A DNA stretch of 64,000 nt. It comes from Tubulanus polymorphus (Eukaryota > Animalia > Nemertea). A program made the translations under genes and the position numbers. The notes under the pieces are model-generated. The model had not been told where the DNA came from. It ran no database searches and saw nothing but the letters and a program-made list of their open reading frames with translations. Below are positions 13,021 through 26,068 of this stretch, in pieces (position 1 is the stretch's first letter; every line of letters begins with the position of its first letter). The stretch covers positions 9,734,001-9,798,000 of the forward strand of contig NC_134031.1 in the NCBI RefSeq assembly GCF_964204645.1. The letters run 5' to 3'.

Positions 13021-13467
13021 CACGTGATCAATATGAAAGTATTCACCATAATTATCTATATTCATTTTATCGTCGAATTGATATATCATCCATGAGTTGA
13101 GAAATTCATCTGTACAACCCAACAAATTAGATAGTGTTTCTGAATGCTTTTCTTTGTTGAATAATTGTGTTAATCTAGACCTTAAACATTGTTTCAATCT
13201 AAAACTAAGATCTGTTTTATATCTTTCTCTCATATATTCTGTCATATAATCATTATAAGCTTCTCTATTATCTTCTCGATATTGTTTGGTATATAGTTTA
13301 ATACAAGTTTTACAGCAATATTGAAAACCATCTTTGCTAATCTTACGCTTACTAAATTCTGTTAAAACTAATTTATCTAATTCACACTTAGAACACTTCT
13401 TATAGTATATATTTATTACACCAGTGTTATTTGTAATGTTGATGATTTGTGATTGTTCTGGTTCCAT
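12814..13467 (-). CDS. HNH-like endonuclease with N-terminal Cys4 zinc module
   Basis: CSKC...CKTC, then MNIDNYGEYFHIDHVLPISKFD...WNWKNLRPL, resembling the HNH-type family of large DNA viruses and phages. Confidence 0.75.
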   Translation of the reverse strand: MEPEQSQIINITNNTGVINIYYKKCSKCELDKLVLTEFSKRKISKDGFQYCCKTCIKLYTKQYREDNREAYNDYMTEYMRERYKTDLSFRLKQCLRSRLTQLFNKEKHSETLSNLLGCTDEFLNSWMIYQFDDKMNIDNYGEYFHIDHVLPISKFDMSDEYDKKLIWNWKNLRPLEKKEYIIKSNKLDLQLYLDQLDKAKTFVELWNSTQNEKHVEA

Positions 13468-13546
13468 TTTAATATCAAATCTTTTTACTAAATTGATTTT
13501 AGAAGTTATTCATTTATATGTCATTCATATATATGAATATTTTAAG

Positions 13547-13698
13547 AGTAATATGGCATAAGTTGTTTCAGGTTAAAGGTCGAAGGGGCGAGTGAGTAAA
13601 AAATGAAAAATAAATTCGAGCGTGCGAGAATTTATTTTTCATTTTTTATGAGCTCGACCCTTCGACCTTTGGCCTGAAACAACTTACTCCCTATTACT
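13547..13698. repeat. 152-bp terminal palindrome, second copy
   Basis: Homologous to 2293-2444, with paired substitutions in both arms. Confidence 0.95.
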
Positions 13699-15004
13699 AG
13701 TATCTGTCTACTTACTGCCATGTATGTAGTGTAAATACACATATTCATTTCTACGTGACGAGTTTCGGCTATATGGTTTGAGGTTCACGGTCACGTGATA
13801 CCGTGATTATGATACCTTGTTTCTCATTCCCCGGCCGGGTAAGATAAATTACCGGTAAAAATCGTTGGAATAAAATGCTGCCTGTCGGGCCTAGAGCTAA
13901 TACCTTCTTTTTATGATGAAAATAAAATCGACCGGTTGGGTCATTATAAGTAGTATATGGTAACGATTTTACATGTTTAAACTCAGATGCCGAATAGTGT
14001 GAGGCGGGACTCGAACCCTACAACACTCCTAGTCTAGTATCTCGCTGTTCTCGTAAAGCCATGATATCGACTGGTATTCAGGAATATTCTTCCCGCAGTC
14101 AATTTTCGCAAACGGTCCTCTTAACTGGAGATGGATCAAAGAACGCCCGGCTCGGATTGCTATTCTGTGCCTATCGCGCGCTACGCGTGAATCGCTTATG
14201 TAATCTTTTCTGTAAATCTCTTTGAGAATTACGTATTCTCAAGTCCGACATCACCCCACACACGAGGTTGATTTTACGGCAGAGTCGACATGTTTTACCA
14301 ATTTTTAAATAAAGTTAGCACAGGCTAGCGATTTGAAATTAAGAAAGTTAGCATGTAAAGAGTTAAGCGGTTATAATAAGAACTCTACTCGAGTCGCTCG
14401 TGTATGTGTGTATTTAGTTTTCCATTATAACTACCTGTATAGACTTTCAATGCGTTACGTTTGCCGGAATTTCAATTGCGTCATTCAGCTGTTGTTAATG
14501 TCGCAGCGACAGATGTTGTATTATACTTTATTGATTCCTGCATTCCACGCATAACTTGCCGGGCCTCTGAGGCCCGCAGAGGAATGTGGAAATCGATAAT
14601 GATTGTAGAATAAAATATATGAGTTTATGAAATAGTAATTCCACCAGTCGTTTCTTTGAATTTATTTTCAGTTTGAGGATTTATTATCGAGGATTCGAAA
14701 TGACTTATCTGGATAGTTATAATTACTTCTAATAGATAAACAATAGTAGTGAGATAATCTAAATCCTAATTTAAAAAAAAAGTATTTAAAAAACAATAAC
14801 TTCAACTAACCAGTGAATTCTATTATATTTTTAATATTTTCTTTTCAAAAGGAGAATACTTTATATTTTGACTAGATTCAAATAGAAATTCTTTAAATTC
14901 AAATAGCTAGTATCAGTAGTCAATACAAAAATTCTTTAACTTTAACTAGCCAGTATCATTTTATAATACTTATAATATTTTTCTCGCTTTTTTCTCTAAT
15001 ATAA

Positions 15005-15581
15005 ATGTCAAAGAAATCGAGTAAGAATAATACCAACATTGAAAAAACATTAGATGATTTGGGTATTAGTGATAATAAGGATATTTCAACCAAAATTGAA
15101 AATAACATTAATTGTAATATTGATTATGAATACTACTTATATTGTAAGCACCATCTAGAATTATTAATTGCTAGTGGTAAATGTAATCAGTTTATCGGGA
15201 AAATAATAACTTTTCAAGAATTAGACTATGAAACCAGATAAAGTAATAAAATATTTTAAGATCTATGAAGAGTCAAGATTAGCCCGAATAAATGATTCTA
15301 TTTCAGATGATATTATAAAATGTTATTCAAAATTATGTAACCGAGTAATACCAATTGATGTTGAAAATAAATTATATAGTGATTTAAAAAATGACTACTT
15401 AGTTATGACAGAATTACAGAAATGGGTTGGATACGCTTCATTTCAATTAGGTGGAATAATGACATTGATTTCTACTGGAGTTATAACATTTTCTAATATC
15501 AAACCTATAGTATGTAAAGATAAAAGTAATTCAGAAGATGGTGCCATACAGCACCCAAACAGTGAAACAGAAAATGACTAA
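15005..15581 (+). pseudogene. Polinton conserved hypothetical gene (frameshifted)
   Basis: Paralog of 27307-27912 (LYSDLKNDYLVMTEL..FQLGG). Confidence 0.75.
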
Positions 15582-15610
15582 AAATTAACAAATAAATTAA
15601 CTAAAAATAA

Positions 15611-16000
15611 ATGAGTGATGATGGTTCCGTACGGCACCCACACGGTGACATTAAGAAAAAGCCTAGATCCGAGAAACAAATTAAATGGCCAAGAGAATTA
15701 GGTAAAAGATCTGCAGAATTAAAAAGCTAAGAAAAAGAAATTAACTGATATAAATGAGTCACAGACTTTATCTGATATTGATTCAAATAATAATCCATCT
15801 AATTCATCTAATAGTGGAAGAAATAATTACTTATATATTACAATTGGGTTAATCACAATTATTATATTTTCTGGTGTAATATATAAATATAAATCCAAAT
15901 CTAATGATAATGATTCCAATGATAATAAACCTATTATACCAGAAAATAAATCAAATCATAAAGTCATTGAAACTAAATCTAAATTATTATTAATGGATTA
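15611..16000 (+). pseudogene. Small membrane-anchored Polinton protein, decayed
   Basis: KKPRSEKQIKW motif plus a hydrophobic stretch; paralog of 26979-27374. Confidence 0.65.
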
Positions 16001-16007
16001 AAAGAAG

Positions 16008-17090
16008 ATGAAAAAAGAACAATATTTAAGAGAGTTATATTATAACCCAGAAAGTGAAGTATGATATTCTAGCGTTACAGAATTATGGGATAAAATTAGA
16101 TCTGATAAAGAAAATGGTAATATAAAATATAGTGAATTGAAATCATGGTTACAAAATCAACCAACATATCAAATCCATAAGAAAATGGATAAAAATTATT
16201 TAACAAGGAAAGTTATGGTTTCATATATCGATCAACAATGGCAAGCTGATTTAATTGACATGAAGAACTTAGAAGAATACAACAAAGGATATTTCTGGAT
16301 ATAAAATGTTATAGACATATTCAGTAGATACGCATGGTCAATTCCAATCAAAAATAAAACTGGTATAGAAGTGACAAATGCTTTTAAATCAATATTTAAA
16401 GAAGCTATTCCAGATAAGATACAAATACAATTTGATGAAGGCAAAGAATTCTATAACAAACATTTTTAAAAACTATTATCTGATAACGATGTAGAATATT
16501 TTTCAACACACTCAGATAAAAAAGCATCTATTATAGAAAGATTTAATAAAACATTGAAAACTAGAATGTGGAAATATTTTACTGCTAATGAAGCATATAA
16601 ATATATCGATATATAAGATGATTTAGTGAAAGGTTATAATAATTCTAAACATAGTTCTGTAAATATGAAACCTATACAAGCTAGAAAAGAAGATAATTCA
16701 GAAATAGTTTTGAATAATTTATATGGTGCGTTTGTTACACACGATTTTGGAGAACCTAGATTTAAAATAGGACAACATGTTAGAATATCTTAATATAGAA
16801 AAACCTTTTATAAAGGTTATACACCAAATTTTACTGAAGAAATATTCAAGATTAAAAAGATAATATTAACTAAACCTTTTGTTTATGAATTAGAAGATAT
16901 AAAATATGAAGAAATATTAGGTTATTTTTATGAACAAGAATTATCACTTGTACCGAATCCAGATGAAATAGAATACAAAATAGAAAATGTATTGAAAACT
17001 AAAACTCTTGAAGGAAAAAAGTATTCTTTGGTGAAATATAAAGGATATGATGATAAACTTAATGAATGGATTTTATCTAGTAAAATTTAA
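16008..17090 (+). pseudogene. Polinton rve (DDE) integrase with C-terminal chromodomain
   Basis: DQQWQADLID, QFDEGKEF, IERFNKTLK, KYSLVKYKGYDDKLNEW; internal stops. Confidence 0.9.
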
Positions 17091-17097
17091 AGAATAA

Positions 17098-17709
17098 ATG
17101 AATAAAGATTTATTTATATTTGAACCGCATAATATGTTAGTTACTGGAGTTACAAACCGTGGTAAAACACATTTCATATTAGTTTTGTTAGAAACTATTT
17201 ATACGAATCATTTTGATAATATAATATTATTTTGTCCTACTTATGAAATGAATAAAACATATAATAGAGATATAGTTAAGATAACAAAGTTTATTATATT
17301 AGATCCTAAAACAGTAAAAGAAAATTAAGATAATTGTATTAAAATAGCAATTGATATTTATAAAGGATGAAATACATTATTCATTATAGATGATTGTGCA
17401 AATTTACATGATTCAAAAGTTAGAGAAAGTGAGTTATGTTATCTAGCTTTCTCTGGGAGACATTTTGGGATAACAACATGGGTTTTAAATCAAAAATATA
17501 ATTCAATTGTTAAAGAATTTAGGGGGAATATAAGATTTCTAGTTTTATTCTACAATAAAGATAGAAAATCTATGCAACAATCATTGGAAGAAAATCAAAT
17601 TATACCTACTGAATTACATGATGAATATATGAATAAATTAAAGAACAGTAAAAGTTCAAAATTATTACCGAGACTACAATTTCCATATGAATATAAGTTT
17701 ATAAAATAA
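17098..17709 (+). pseudogene. A32-like packaging ATPase
   Basis: Walker A GVTNRGKT, Walker B IIDD, GRHFGI; two in-frame stops. Confidence 0.88.
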
Positions 17710-17744
17710 GATATTTTAAGTATTAATATATTAGATACATATTA

Positions 17745-17851
17745 AGTACATACTTAAGTACGTACTTCAATACGTACTTAAGTACGTACTAAATACCTTA
17801 ATACTTAAAACCCCTTTTTTATTTGATATTATTTTATACAATTTTCAACCA
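17745..17851. repeat. ~110-bp palindrome-rich direct repeat, copy 1
   Basis: TACGTACTTAAGTACGTA palindrome followed by CTAAATACCTTAATACTTAAA..TACAATTTTCAACC. Confidence 0.85.
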
Positions 17852-17886
17852 ATTTATTTTTATTTTTTTAAACTAATATATAATTT

Positions 17887-18087
17887 TTAATTAGGATTTA
17901 TTATACTAAAATCATTATTATTCATTATATCAAAGGGATGAATATAAGGCTCACCAAATAATTTAACACATTCATATATATCATTTAAATTATTATTTAT
18001 CATAGGATTTAAATTTAATACTAAACCTGTTATAAATGAAGAATCATTTTGATTAAATAAATCATTTCGATTGATATTATTACTCAT
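17887..18087 (-). CDS. Small hypothetical protein
   Basis: 66-aa ORF with the TAAATG start context shared by element genes. Confidence 0.45.
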   Translation of the reverse strand: MSNNINRNDLFNQNDSSFITGLVLNLNPMINNNLNDIYECVKLFGEPYIHPFDIMNNNDFSIINPN

Positions 18088-18116
18088 TTATTTTTAAAAA
18101 AAATTTATAAAGTAAA

Positions 18117-18976
18117 TGGATGAAGATCTCAATGATAATTTAGCTAGTAATTTATCTACATATCCGGGATATACAGCACAAGAAGATATTAATACTATGG
18201 ATTCTACAGAACGTGATATGATAATTAATTATCTTACAGAGGATGATAAAATATACAATATATTAATGAAACCCCCCTAAATATGAAACAATATGAATCC
18301 TCTGAAGAGGAAGAAAAAGAAGAAGAAAAGAAGGATAATTTATATGATGAAAAAAAAGATGATGTAAGAATAGACATGGATATATCAGATAATGATAATG
18401 ATGATATTGAGGAAATTAATAATGTTTTTATTGATGAATTAGTTAATGAAACATATATACCTACTACTATTAATAATAATAATAATAATTACACCGAAAC
18501 ACCAACACCATCTGTTAATAGTAAATATACTAATACAGAATATATAAAAATATTAGAAAAAGAAAATGAGTCATTGAAAGAAAAAATAAATGATAGAAAA
18601 ATAACTATAGATGAAATAACAAATAAATTATATAAAAATAAAACACAGGAAGATAAAAAAATACTATTTTAAATTTTACTCAAGCTTGTGATTTTCAATT
18701 TAATAAAAAGGTTTAGATCAATATCCAGAAAATGAGATAAATGATTGATATAATCAAATAATGAATATAAATAATAAAATTAAAACTACTAATTTAATAT
18801 GTTATGTTATAAAAATTATAATACAAATAATAGAGACTATGAGTGTTAATCTTGGGTTAAATGAATTTATGGGTCTATCTAATGAATTAACATTAGATAT
18901 GATAGTAAATAATACAGGACTCGAATGTGAGGAATTAGCACAAGAATATAAATCATTTAATAGTTCTAAATTCTAA
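18117..18976 (+). pseudogene. Hypothetical acidic/coiled-coil accessory gene(s), fragmented
   Basis: ORF pieces 18283-18672 and 18761-18976; TAAATG start at 18117. Confidence 0.45.
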
Positions 18977-19067
18977 TTTTATTTTCCCTTTTACAAATGA
19001 TCTTAGATAGAATGGTTAAAGCTTTAAATAGAAAATTTAGTAGTTTAGTACATGAAAATTATATTAC

Positions 19068-19185
19068 ACATACGTATTGAATACGTACTTAAGTACGTAT
19101 TAAGCACGTACTTAAGTACGTACTAAATACCTTAATACTTAAACCCCATTTTTTATTTACTATTATCTTATACAATTTTCAACCT
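19068..19185. repeat. ~110-bp palindrome-rich direct repeat, copy 2
   Basis: Same as 17745-17851 with two palindrome units. Confidence 0.85.
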
Positions 19186-19188
19186 TTA

Positions 19189-20054
19189 TTACTTTTTGAG
19201 TGTTATATAATTAACATTACTTTCTGAATCACTTTCATCATCACTCTCCGATTCATCATCATACTCTAACAATTTTCTCAAATTCTCTACCGTATCATCA
19301 TCAATAATTGGTTGATTGATATACTTATTAGTTATCCAAGCTGTATCTTTATTTTCTGATTTCAGTTTCATATAATCTTCATTGTCAATACGCTTTCCTG
19401 TAACTATACTTTCATTGTCATCTTTCTTAGTGTTTGACTCCAACATTTCATTTTCAATGTTTGATCCTAATATTTTTTAGCAGCAGATAAATCTAATTCA
19501 TCATTACTAGGTTCCTTAGATAAAAATTCACCTAATAAATCTTTATATAAATTTTTACCGTTTACTTTTTTATTTGAAATAAACTTTGTTACATATCTAA
19601 ATGGGTGTTCTATAAATTCTCTTATACCAACACGCTCTATTACATTAGTAATATGTGTAGCTGTATTCATATGATTATTCCAATTTGATGGACTGTTTGA
19701 AAATTCACCTTTACAGTAGCCACAATAATTTCTATTTTCACTAATTTTTAATATCATTTCATTATTAGGCGTAGAAGGTAAAACGTTATTTGACGTAGAA
19801 GGTAAAACATTATTTGATGTAGAAGGTAAAACATTATTTGATGTAGAAGGTAAAACATTATTATCAATTTCATTACTTAAATTATCAACAACTTTACTTT
19901 TATTATTATCGTTTTCTATTAGTTTAGTTTTATAATTTTTGAAAATAGGATCAAATATCAAAGCTATATTACAAGGTATTACATAATATAAGCCATCATT
20001 AGTTTCATGTGTATCGGTGTATGGAATATGTTTACATACTTTACCTCCTTCCAT
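19189..20054 (-). pseudogene. Hypothetical zinc-finger protein with 8-aa tandem repeat
   Basis: (NNVLPSTS)x4, CGYC..HMNTATH finger and acidic tail; two ORF pieces. Confidence 0.55.
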
Positions 20055-20086
20055 CTATTATAAATTTTTTTATTGAAATTAAAATT

Positions 20087-21329
20087 TTAATACATAACAC
20101 TATTTAATCGAGAATTTACAATATTTAATTGCGCGTCAGATATAATATAAATGTGCATTTTGAAATTTAAGCTTCCTCTTTTCTTTGTCATGAATAATTG
20201 TATTCCATCTTTAGTGTTCTGTAATTTTTTCCCAGAACCATGTAATAAGTTATCTTCAGTTGTTCTAAAATCCAACCATAATGCATATTTATTACCGGTA
20301 TAATAATCAATTTGATTAATATTACAATTTTCAGATGATTTTACTTTTTCATTCATAAAATGTTTTCTAATTTCTGGCCACTGATCTATCATTCTCATTC
20401 CTTGACAAAATGTTTTATTTGCTATTCCTTCGATAGTTATTTCTACTTTTGTTATTTCAGGATTATAATAATTATCAACATTTATTGCGCCATTAGAATA
20501 TGTTGCAATGGTAAAAAATATTAATACACCTTTAATAAATCTTCTTGGGAAGTTAATATTCTCATTAATTATTTCATCATTTGCACTAATAGTAACAGTT
20601 TTAAATTTATCAATATAATCATATAATAATGAAAATCCTTGATTGTATTGAGTTTGAATTGTTAGCAATGTTTTCATCAGTTACTGTGTCATATTCTAAA
20701 CACATATTCGATAATTTATAACCCATATCTTTAACAACACAAGATAATACAATTTCATTTACAGGAGCAAATGTTATCTCAAATATTACATCTTCTTGAT
20801 TGCGTGTTTATACAAAGGTGCATTACTATTTATCAATTCAAAACCTAATGGATATTTATATTTGCTTCCATAAATCTTTTTTATCAAATTATCTATAGCA
20901 TTAGTTGCTACTGCATTATTGGCTTCAGATCTTAATTTATTTTGGTTTTCAGATTGGATGCCTTGAAATATCATATTATTTCTATTTTCTTTTGTAAACC
21001 ATAAATCTTTATAATGCGTAAATAAATTATAATCATCTAATGAGAAAACTGTTTCTGGACCCATCTTTATAGTTAATTTTTTAATCAAATATCTTCCAAC
21101 ATTATCAACAACATAATTATTTTCATGACCAGTTACATTTATATCTGCTGATAAATAAATACTATTTGGAACATAAAAAGTATTTTGTGTTAATCTCGGG
21201 ATTCTAACATAAAGTTTCATCGGGATTAATATTAGAAGGATTACGAGTAATTATATGATGAGATCTTTCTGCTTTAATAGCATTAGATATTCTATGATTC
21301 TTAGAAGGATTTATATAACTCCCACTCAT
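20087..21329 (-). pseudogene. Major capsid protein, frameshifted paralog
   Basis: Highly similar to 29745-30992, in three frames. Confidence 0.8.
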
Positions 21330-21349
21330 TTATTTAACAAAAAAATTAA

Positions 21350-22775
21350 TTATTTATTTTTTATCATATTCACTAACCCAAAAATAATAGCACTTACAAC
21401 TGTAATTAAAAATAAAATAATATGTTCAGCAGCAAAGTTAAGAATATTCCCAGCAGATTTCAATATAAAACCAACAATGGATGCAATAACTCCGGGTAAT
21501 GCTGCAGCAGATTTTTTAGATAGTTCCCATAAATATTTTGCTAATTTTTTTAAACCATCCTTAACTTTATCTTGTATAGAATTATTATCATTCGGGGGTT
21601 TATCTGGTTTATTGGGAGTAGGAGTAGATTTCAATGAATTTGATATTGCTAAGTTGTAAAATACCATAGTTACAGCTGTTAGAATTGAAAGAATTGTTAT
21701 ACCTTCTAACTTAAATAATAATTTTATTCTATCTTTCAATGATATTTCAGAATTTGGTTTTATCAACAAATCTTTAAAAATAACTTTAAATCTATTAATA
21801 ATATAATCATATGATTTTGATAATAATTTAATTTCTTCTTTCTGAAATTCTATGTTATATTCTAAATCATCTTTTTCTTTTTCTAAATATGCATTTCTTT
21901 TTTTAAATTCGATTTCTTCAATAACTTTATTATCTCTATCTAATTGTAATTCTTCTATTTCTTTAATCTTATCAGTTCTATCTTTTCTAAAGTTCTATTT
22001 TTAAAATCTCTTACACTTTTATTATGTGCAAATGTATCAGCTTCATTTCTTATACTAATAATTTCTCTTATTGCTTTATCAGAAAATATATCTAAATCTT
22101 CTAATTCTTGATCTGTTGCATCAAGTAATCCATTTGGTAAAAGTTTTTCAATTGGAACTTTATTTGATTTAAGTTTACCAGAAGTTCTTTCCGGTTCTAA
22201 ATTATTATTGATTGTTTCAAATAAGTCATTAATTCTTTGTTTAAATACTCTTTTATTTTGATTTATTTCTTCTTGTGTTACATCTTCTGGTTCATTACTA
22301 TTAAAACTTATTCTTTTAATTCTAGATGATTCTAAATTACTCAAAGTTGATCCCGCTAATATTTTATCTTGATTTTTATAAGTGATATTAATATAATAAT
22401 CATCTTTTAAATGATAATAATATTCACCATTATCTAAAAGTTTTAATTCTCTTACTAAAAGTCTAGCACCTCTATCATTGATATTATATCCAGAATTTTC
22501 AAATACAGGTTGTAATTTAGAATAAATTCATTATATTCTAAATCTTGTCTTACTAAACCTGGATTTTCATTTTCAGGATTTATTCTCGATCTAGTTCTTC
22601 TATCAAATTCATCTGTTGATGGTGCTTTAGAACCACTATCTGCTAAATTAGAATTATATGCTGATGAATCATCATCGTCAATATTAGATTCTGCATCATT
22701 ATTATATTCATCATTATTATCATCATTATTATTTCCCATGTCTTTCATTGGAATATTGTCTACATTTTCTGCCAT
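21350..22775 (-). pseudogene. Acidic/coiled-coil protein with C-terminal hydrophobic helices
   Basis: ORF pieces 22455-22775, 21955-22344 and 21350-21769; paralog of 31013-32474. Confidence 0.7.
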
Positions 22776-22791
22776 TTACATAATAAAAAAA

Positions 22792-24093
22792 TTAAAATTT
22801 AAAATATAATATTCCTCCGATTACAATTCCTATACAAGTTATAGCAAATTTGGCATTTTCATGGGATTTATTATCATTATCAGTTTTAATTATTTCAAGT
22901 TGATTAATATCAGTTTTACCATTTTCTGTAGTATTATAATCTTTTATTTTAGAATCATTATTTAATTTAATATTCTTAGTTTTAGTTTCTGTTGATTGAA
23001 TATGTTTTTTATTTTGTTCACCTTCCATTAATTTTGGAGCAGTAATAATCTTTTTATTTATATTATTTAATCCAAATGAATTATTCATTGTTGCAGTTTT
23101 AATTAGATTATTATAACCAATTATAAATCCCATCTTTAATACTAAATCATTAGAAATAATTAATAGATTAGGGCCTATACAATAATTTAATCTAATATGT
23201 GATTTATCTAAATAATTTTGATATCTTACAATGTTTTCTGGAATCGATCTATTTTTATCATTATGAATTGAATCTTCAAATAATACTTTGAATTGTTTCT
23301 GTGTATCAAATGATGTGTTATCATTTCCAAATATTGGTCATCTTGTTTCAACTTGCGCACCTAAAATACATATCAAATAAATTCTAATTGATTGATTTAT
23401 TCTTTGTATACCTGATTTTGTAAAACCTTCACTATTTTCTAAAATGAAATTAATCCAACCATTATTATTATCAATTTTATAATTATGATAAGCTCCAATT
23501 CTATGCATATAATCAATTCTTTTTATTTCATACTGTTCACCAATACCTTGCAATTTACCATGCGCTCTAAAATCGGAATTAATATTTATATTAAATTCAT
23601 TACATATTTTATATAACTTAGATAGATTAATATTATTGTCCAATTCTTTAAAATATTTAGATCCGGGCAAAGGACATTCTAATTCATTTAATATTATTCT
23701 GATTTGAAAATATGTGTGAAATCTAAATATTGTGTGAATTAATTTTAAATCAGAATAATTCAAATTTTTGTCTAAGTTATCTAAATGATCATTCCAACTT
23801 ATACCACAACCAGTTGTTGCACAATAAACAGCAAAATTTAATTGATTCTGCCAATATTTCAAATTAGATTTTACTTTATATATATGATATTCATCTCGAG
23901 TAAAAGTAACTTCATATGTATTAAATATATTTTCCATTTTAGAAATAAAAAACTGTGTTTCAGTAACAAAAATTTCTAAACTAGTTGATGAATATAAAAC
24001 TAAATTTTTATATGTAATATCTTCATTAAAATCTATTGCAGGAATATTATATTTAATTGATTTATTATATTGGAAAGCTTTTGGAAACTTCAT
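22792..24093 (-). pseudogene. Conserved Polinton structural-module protein (YWQNQLNFAVYCATTGCG) with C-terminal TM
   Basis: ORFs 23338-24093 and 22792-23133 are in one frame separated by a premature TGA. Confidence 0.75.
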
Positions 24094-24109
24094 TTATATA
24101 ATTAAAAAA

Positions 24110-25055
24110 TTAATAATTCATTAATTCTTTTAATAATTTATCTTGTTCTTCAACTGATATTATCATTTAAACAAATTATATAATCTAGTGTATTTTTTAA
24201 TTTATTAATTTCTTTTATATTAGTTTTAATTTTTTCTTTATTACTTTTAATATTTAATTTTCAACTTATATCAGTTAAAACACTTGAACTTAATCCTAAC
24301 ACACCAATTGATATAGCTAAAGGTGTTAATGGACTGAATATTGCTAGAAATGTTATTACCGAACTAATTGTAACTGAACCACTGATAATAAAATAATATA
24401 TAATTTTACTTTTTAAATATTTTTTCTTTTTTATCTTTAAGTCACTTTCAAATTCTTGCAGAAGCCATTTATTTAACAAAATAATTACGCATTCATATGG
24501 GAGGGATATATTTTTGTTTTTCCAAATAATCAATAGTTAATTTAGATAAAGTAACTGCTAACGTTAATTTTAAGATATCATTTATATCAAATCTATCAAC
24601 ATTAACACTTCCCATTTTAAATACTTTTTTAATACCATTGAATAACCAACAGTTCCAACTGATAGTAAGGCTCCATTATATGATCCAGTTATTATCCACT
24701 TATTATCACTCATTTATTTATCAAAAAAATTACTATCTTCAAAATATTTAGTTATCTTATTTATGATTAATTCAACATTTATTTCATTACTACTTTTATG
24801 ATTATCATATATTTTGGATAATATGTTTTGAATATCATCGATAATTCCATCTTCATTTAATTCATAATATTATAAAGGTGTTTTAATTAAATCAATTACT
24901 TTTTCTACATTATAATTTTCTTAATTAATCATTGATGCATTGTTAAATGATTTACTTTTTATATCAGTAATTACATCATTAAGTTTAATTCTCATTTCTT
25001 TACCATGTTTAAAATCAAACCCAAAACATATACTCGGTCCAACAGTTATATTCAT
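24110..25055 (-). pseudogene. Remnants of small membrane-protein genes with an internal deletion
   Basis: Matches 33896-35375, but ~34250-34790 (the 140-aa gene) is missing. Confidence 0.7.
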
Positions 25056-25071
25056 TTATATAGTGAAAAAA

Positions 25072-25833
25072 TTACTCTTTACATCTTATAACTAATTCAT
25101 TAATTACAGGGAAATTATTTAAATCAATTAAATATCCATTATGATTTCTAATTTCTAATCTAAAATTATTAAATTGAGGAATGCATGGTTTAAAATCACA
25201 TTCTGTTAAATTATAATTTATTTGCGTTCCAAATTCTTTAACATTCTTCAATGGTAAAATGTTTAATAAACCAGAATTACAAGTTATATCTTTAGTTGCT
25301 TCGAATGTTTTTGTAGGATCGATTAAATTGCAATAAATATAAAAATGTGTGTAAGGTATTAAGTTTGGTGTAGTAGCATCAATATTTGTAAAAGATCTAT
25401 CTGGAAGAATTCCTAACAGTTTAGCTATAGGATTTTTTACCATAAATTTATGTTTTTCACTTTTAGACAACCTTATCTTTATTCTATCAGAACTATCACT
25501 TTTGAAAAATCTAATACTAAACCCGGAATTACTACCTAATTTGTGCCAAGCTTTTCTATTAATTTCTTGTGCTAATGTATCTAAATTATATAACCCTGGT
25601 TTTAAATATATATAGGACCTTTCATTTTTACCTTTATCAAAAATTAAAAAGGCTCTATGTTCAATAGTTTTATTCGATATATTGTAAAATGAGTTACATA
25701 AACTTATATTAACTAATTTTAAATCTAAACAATTTTTAATTTCTCTGTCTAATTGTACTAGCAAATTATGTGATTTATAATTTGTAAGTTTTCTAGAATC
25801 TACAAATATTCTGTATTCTTTTAATTCTACCAT
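25072..25833 (-). CDS. Putative minor capsid (penton) protein
   Basis: 253 aa; C-terminal YIYCNLID..LLNILPL..LEIRNHNGYLIDLN pattern typical of Polinton pentons. Confidence 0.7.
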   Translation of the reverse strand: MVELKEYRIFVDSRKLTNYKSHNLLVQLDREIKNCLDLKLVNISLCNSFYNISNKTIEHRAFLIFDKGKNERSYIYLKPGLYNLDTLAQEINRKAWHKLGSNSGFSIRFFKSDSSDRIKIRLSKSEKHKFMVKNPIAKLLGILPDRSFTNIDATTPNLIPYTHFYIYCNLIDPTKTFEATKDITCNSGLLNILPLKNVKEFGTQINYNLTECDFKPCIPQFNNFRLEIRNHNGYLIDLNNFPVINELVIRCKE

Positions 25834-25958
25834 TATTTATAACATAAAAAAATTATCTAATTGTACTAGTAAATTAAGTGATTTATAATTTGTCAGTCTT
25901 CTAGAAACAACAAATATTCTGTATTCTTTTAATTCTACCATTTATTTTACATATTTTC

Positions 25959-26062
25959 TTATTCGAAATCTATTCCATGGTGCCCTGTTTCATTCTTACC
26001 TTTGTATATGAAATAGAAATCTCCAGAACATAATTCTTCTAAATCTTCACTTGATAATCTAT
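25959..26062 (-). pseudogene. 3' half of a 117-aa ORF split by the inner Polinton
   Basis: Joins 52813-53062 in frame across TSD GAAATC: ..YLPDRF-HRLSSEDLEELCSGDFYFIYKGKNETGHHGIDFE*. Confidence 0.9.
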
Positions 26063-26068
26063 GAAATC

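Larger units (their letters stand above)
7740..13698 (-). mobile_element. Decayed hairpin-ended Polinton (family B); left limit approximate
   Basis: Terminal hairpin, HNH ORF, fragmented intein-bearing pPolB and a convergent + strand ORF. Confidence 0.8.
14700..26068. mobile_element. Older outer Polinton, left part (continues at 52813-53580); termini not found
   Basis: Integrase, ATPase, MCP, penton and membrane genes paralogous to the inner element; an ORF split by the inner element rejoins in frame. Confidence 0.88.

Noticed and set aside
14000-14050. tRNA gene (minus-strand GGTTCGAGTCCC box)
   Set aside because: No cloverleaf can be built; at most a decayed SINE head.
14634-14640. AGTAATT as left terminus of the outer Polinton
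   Set aside because: Not followed by either TIR sequence; no partner end or TSD.
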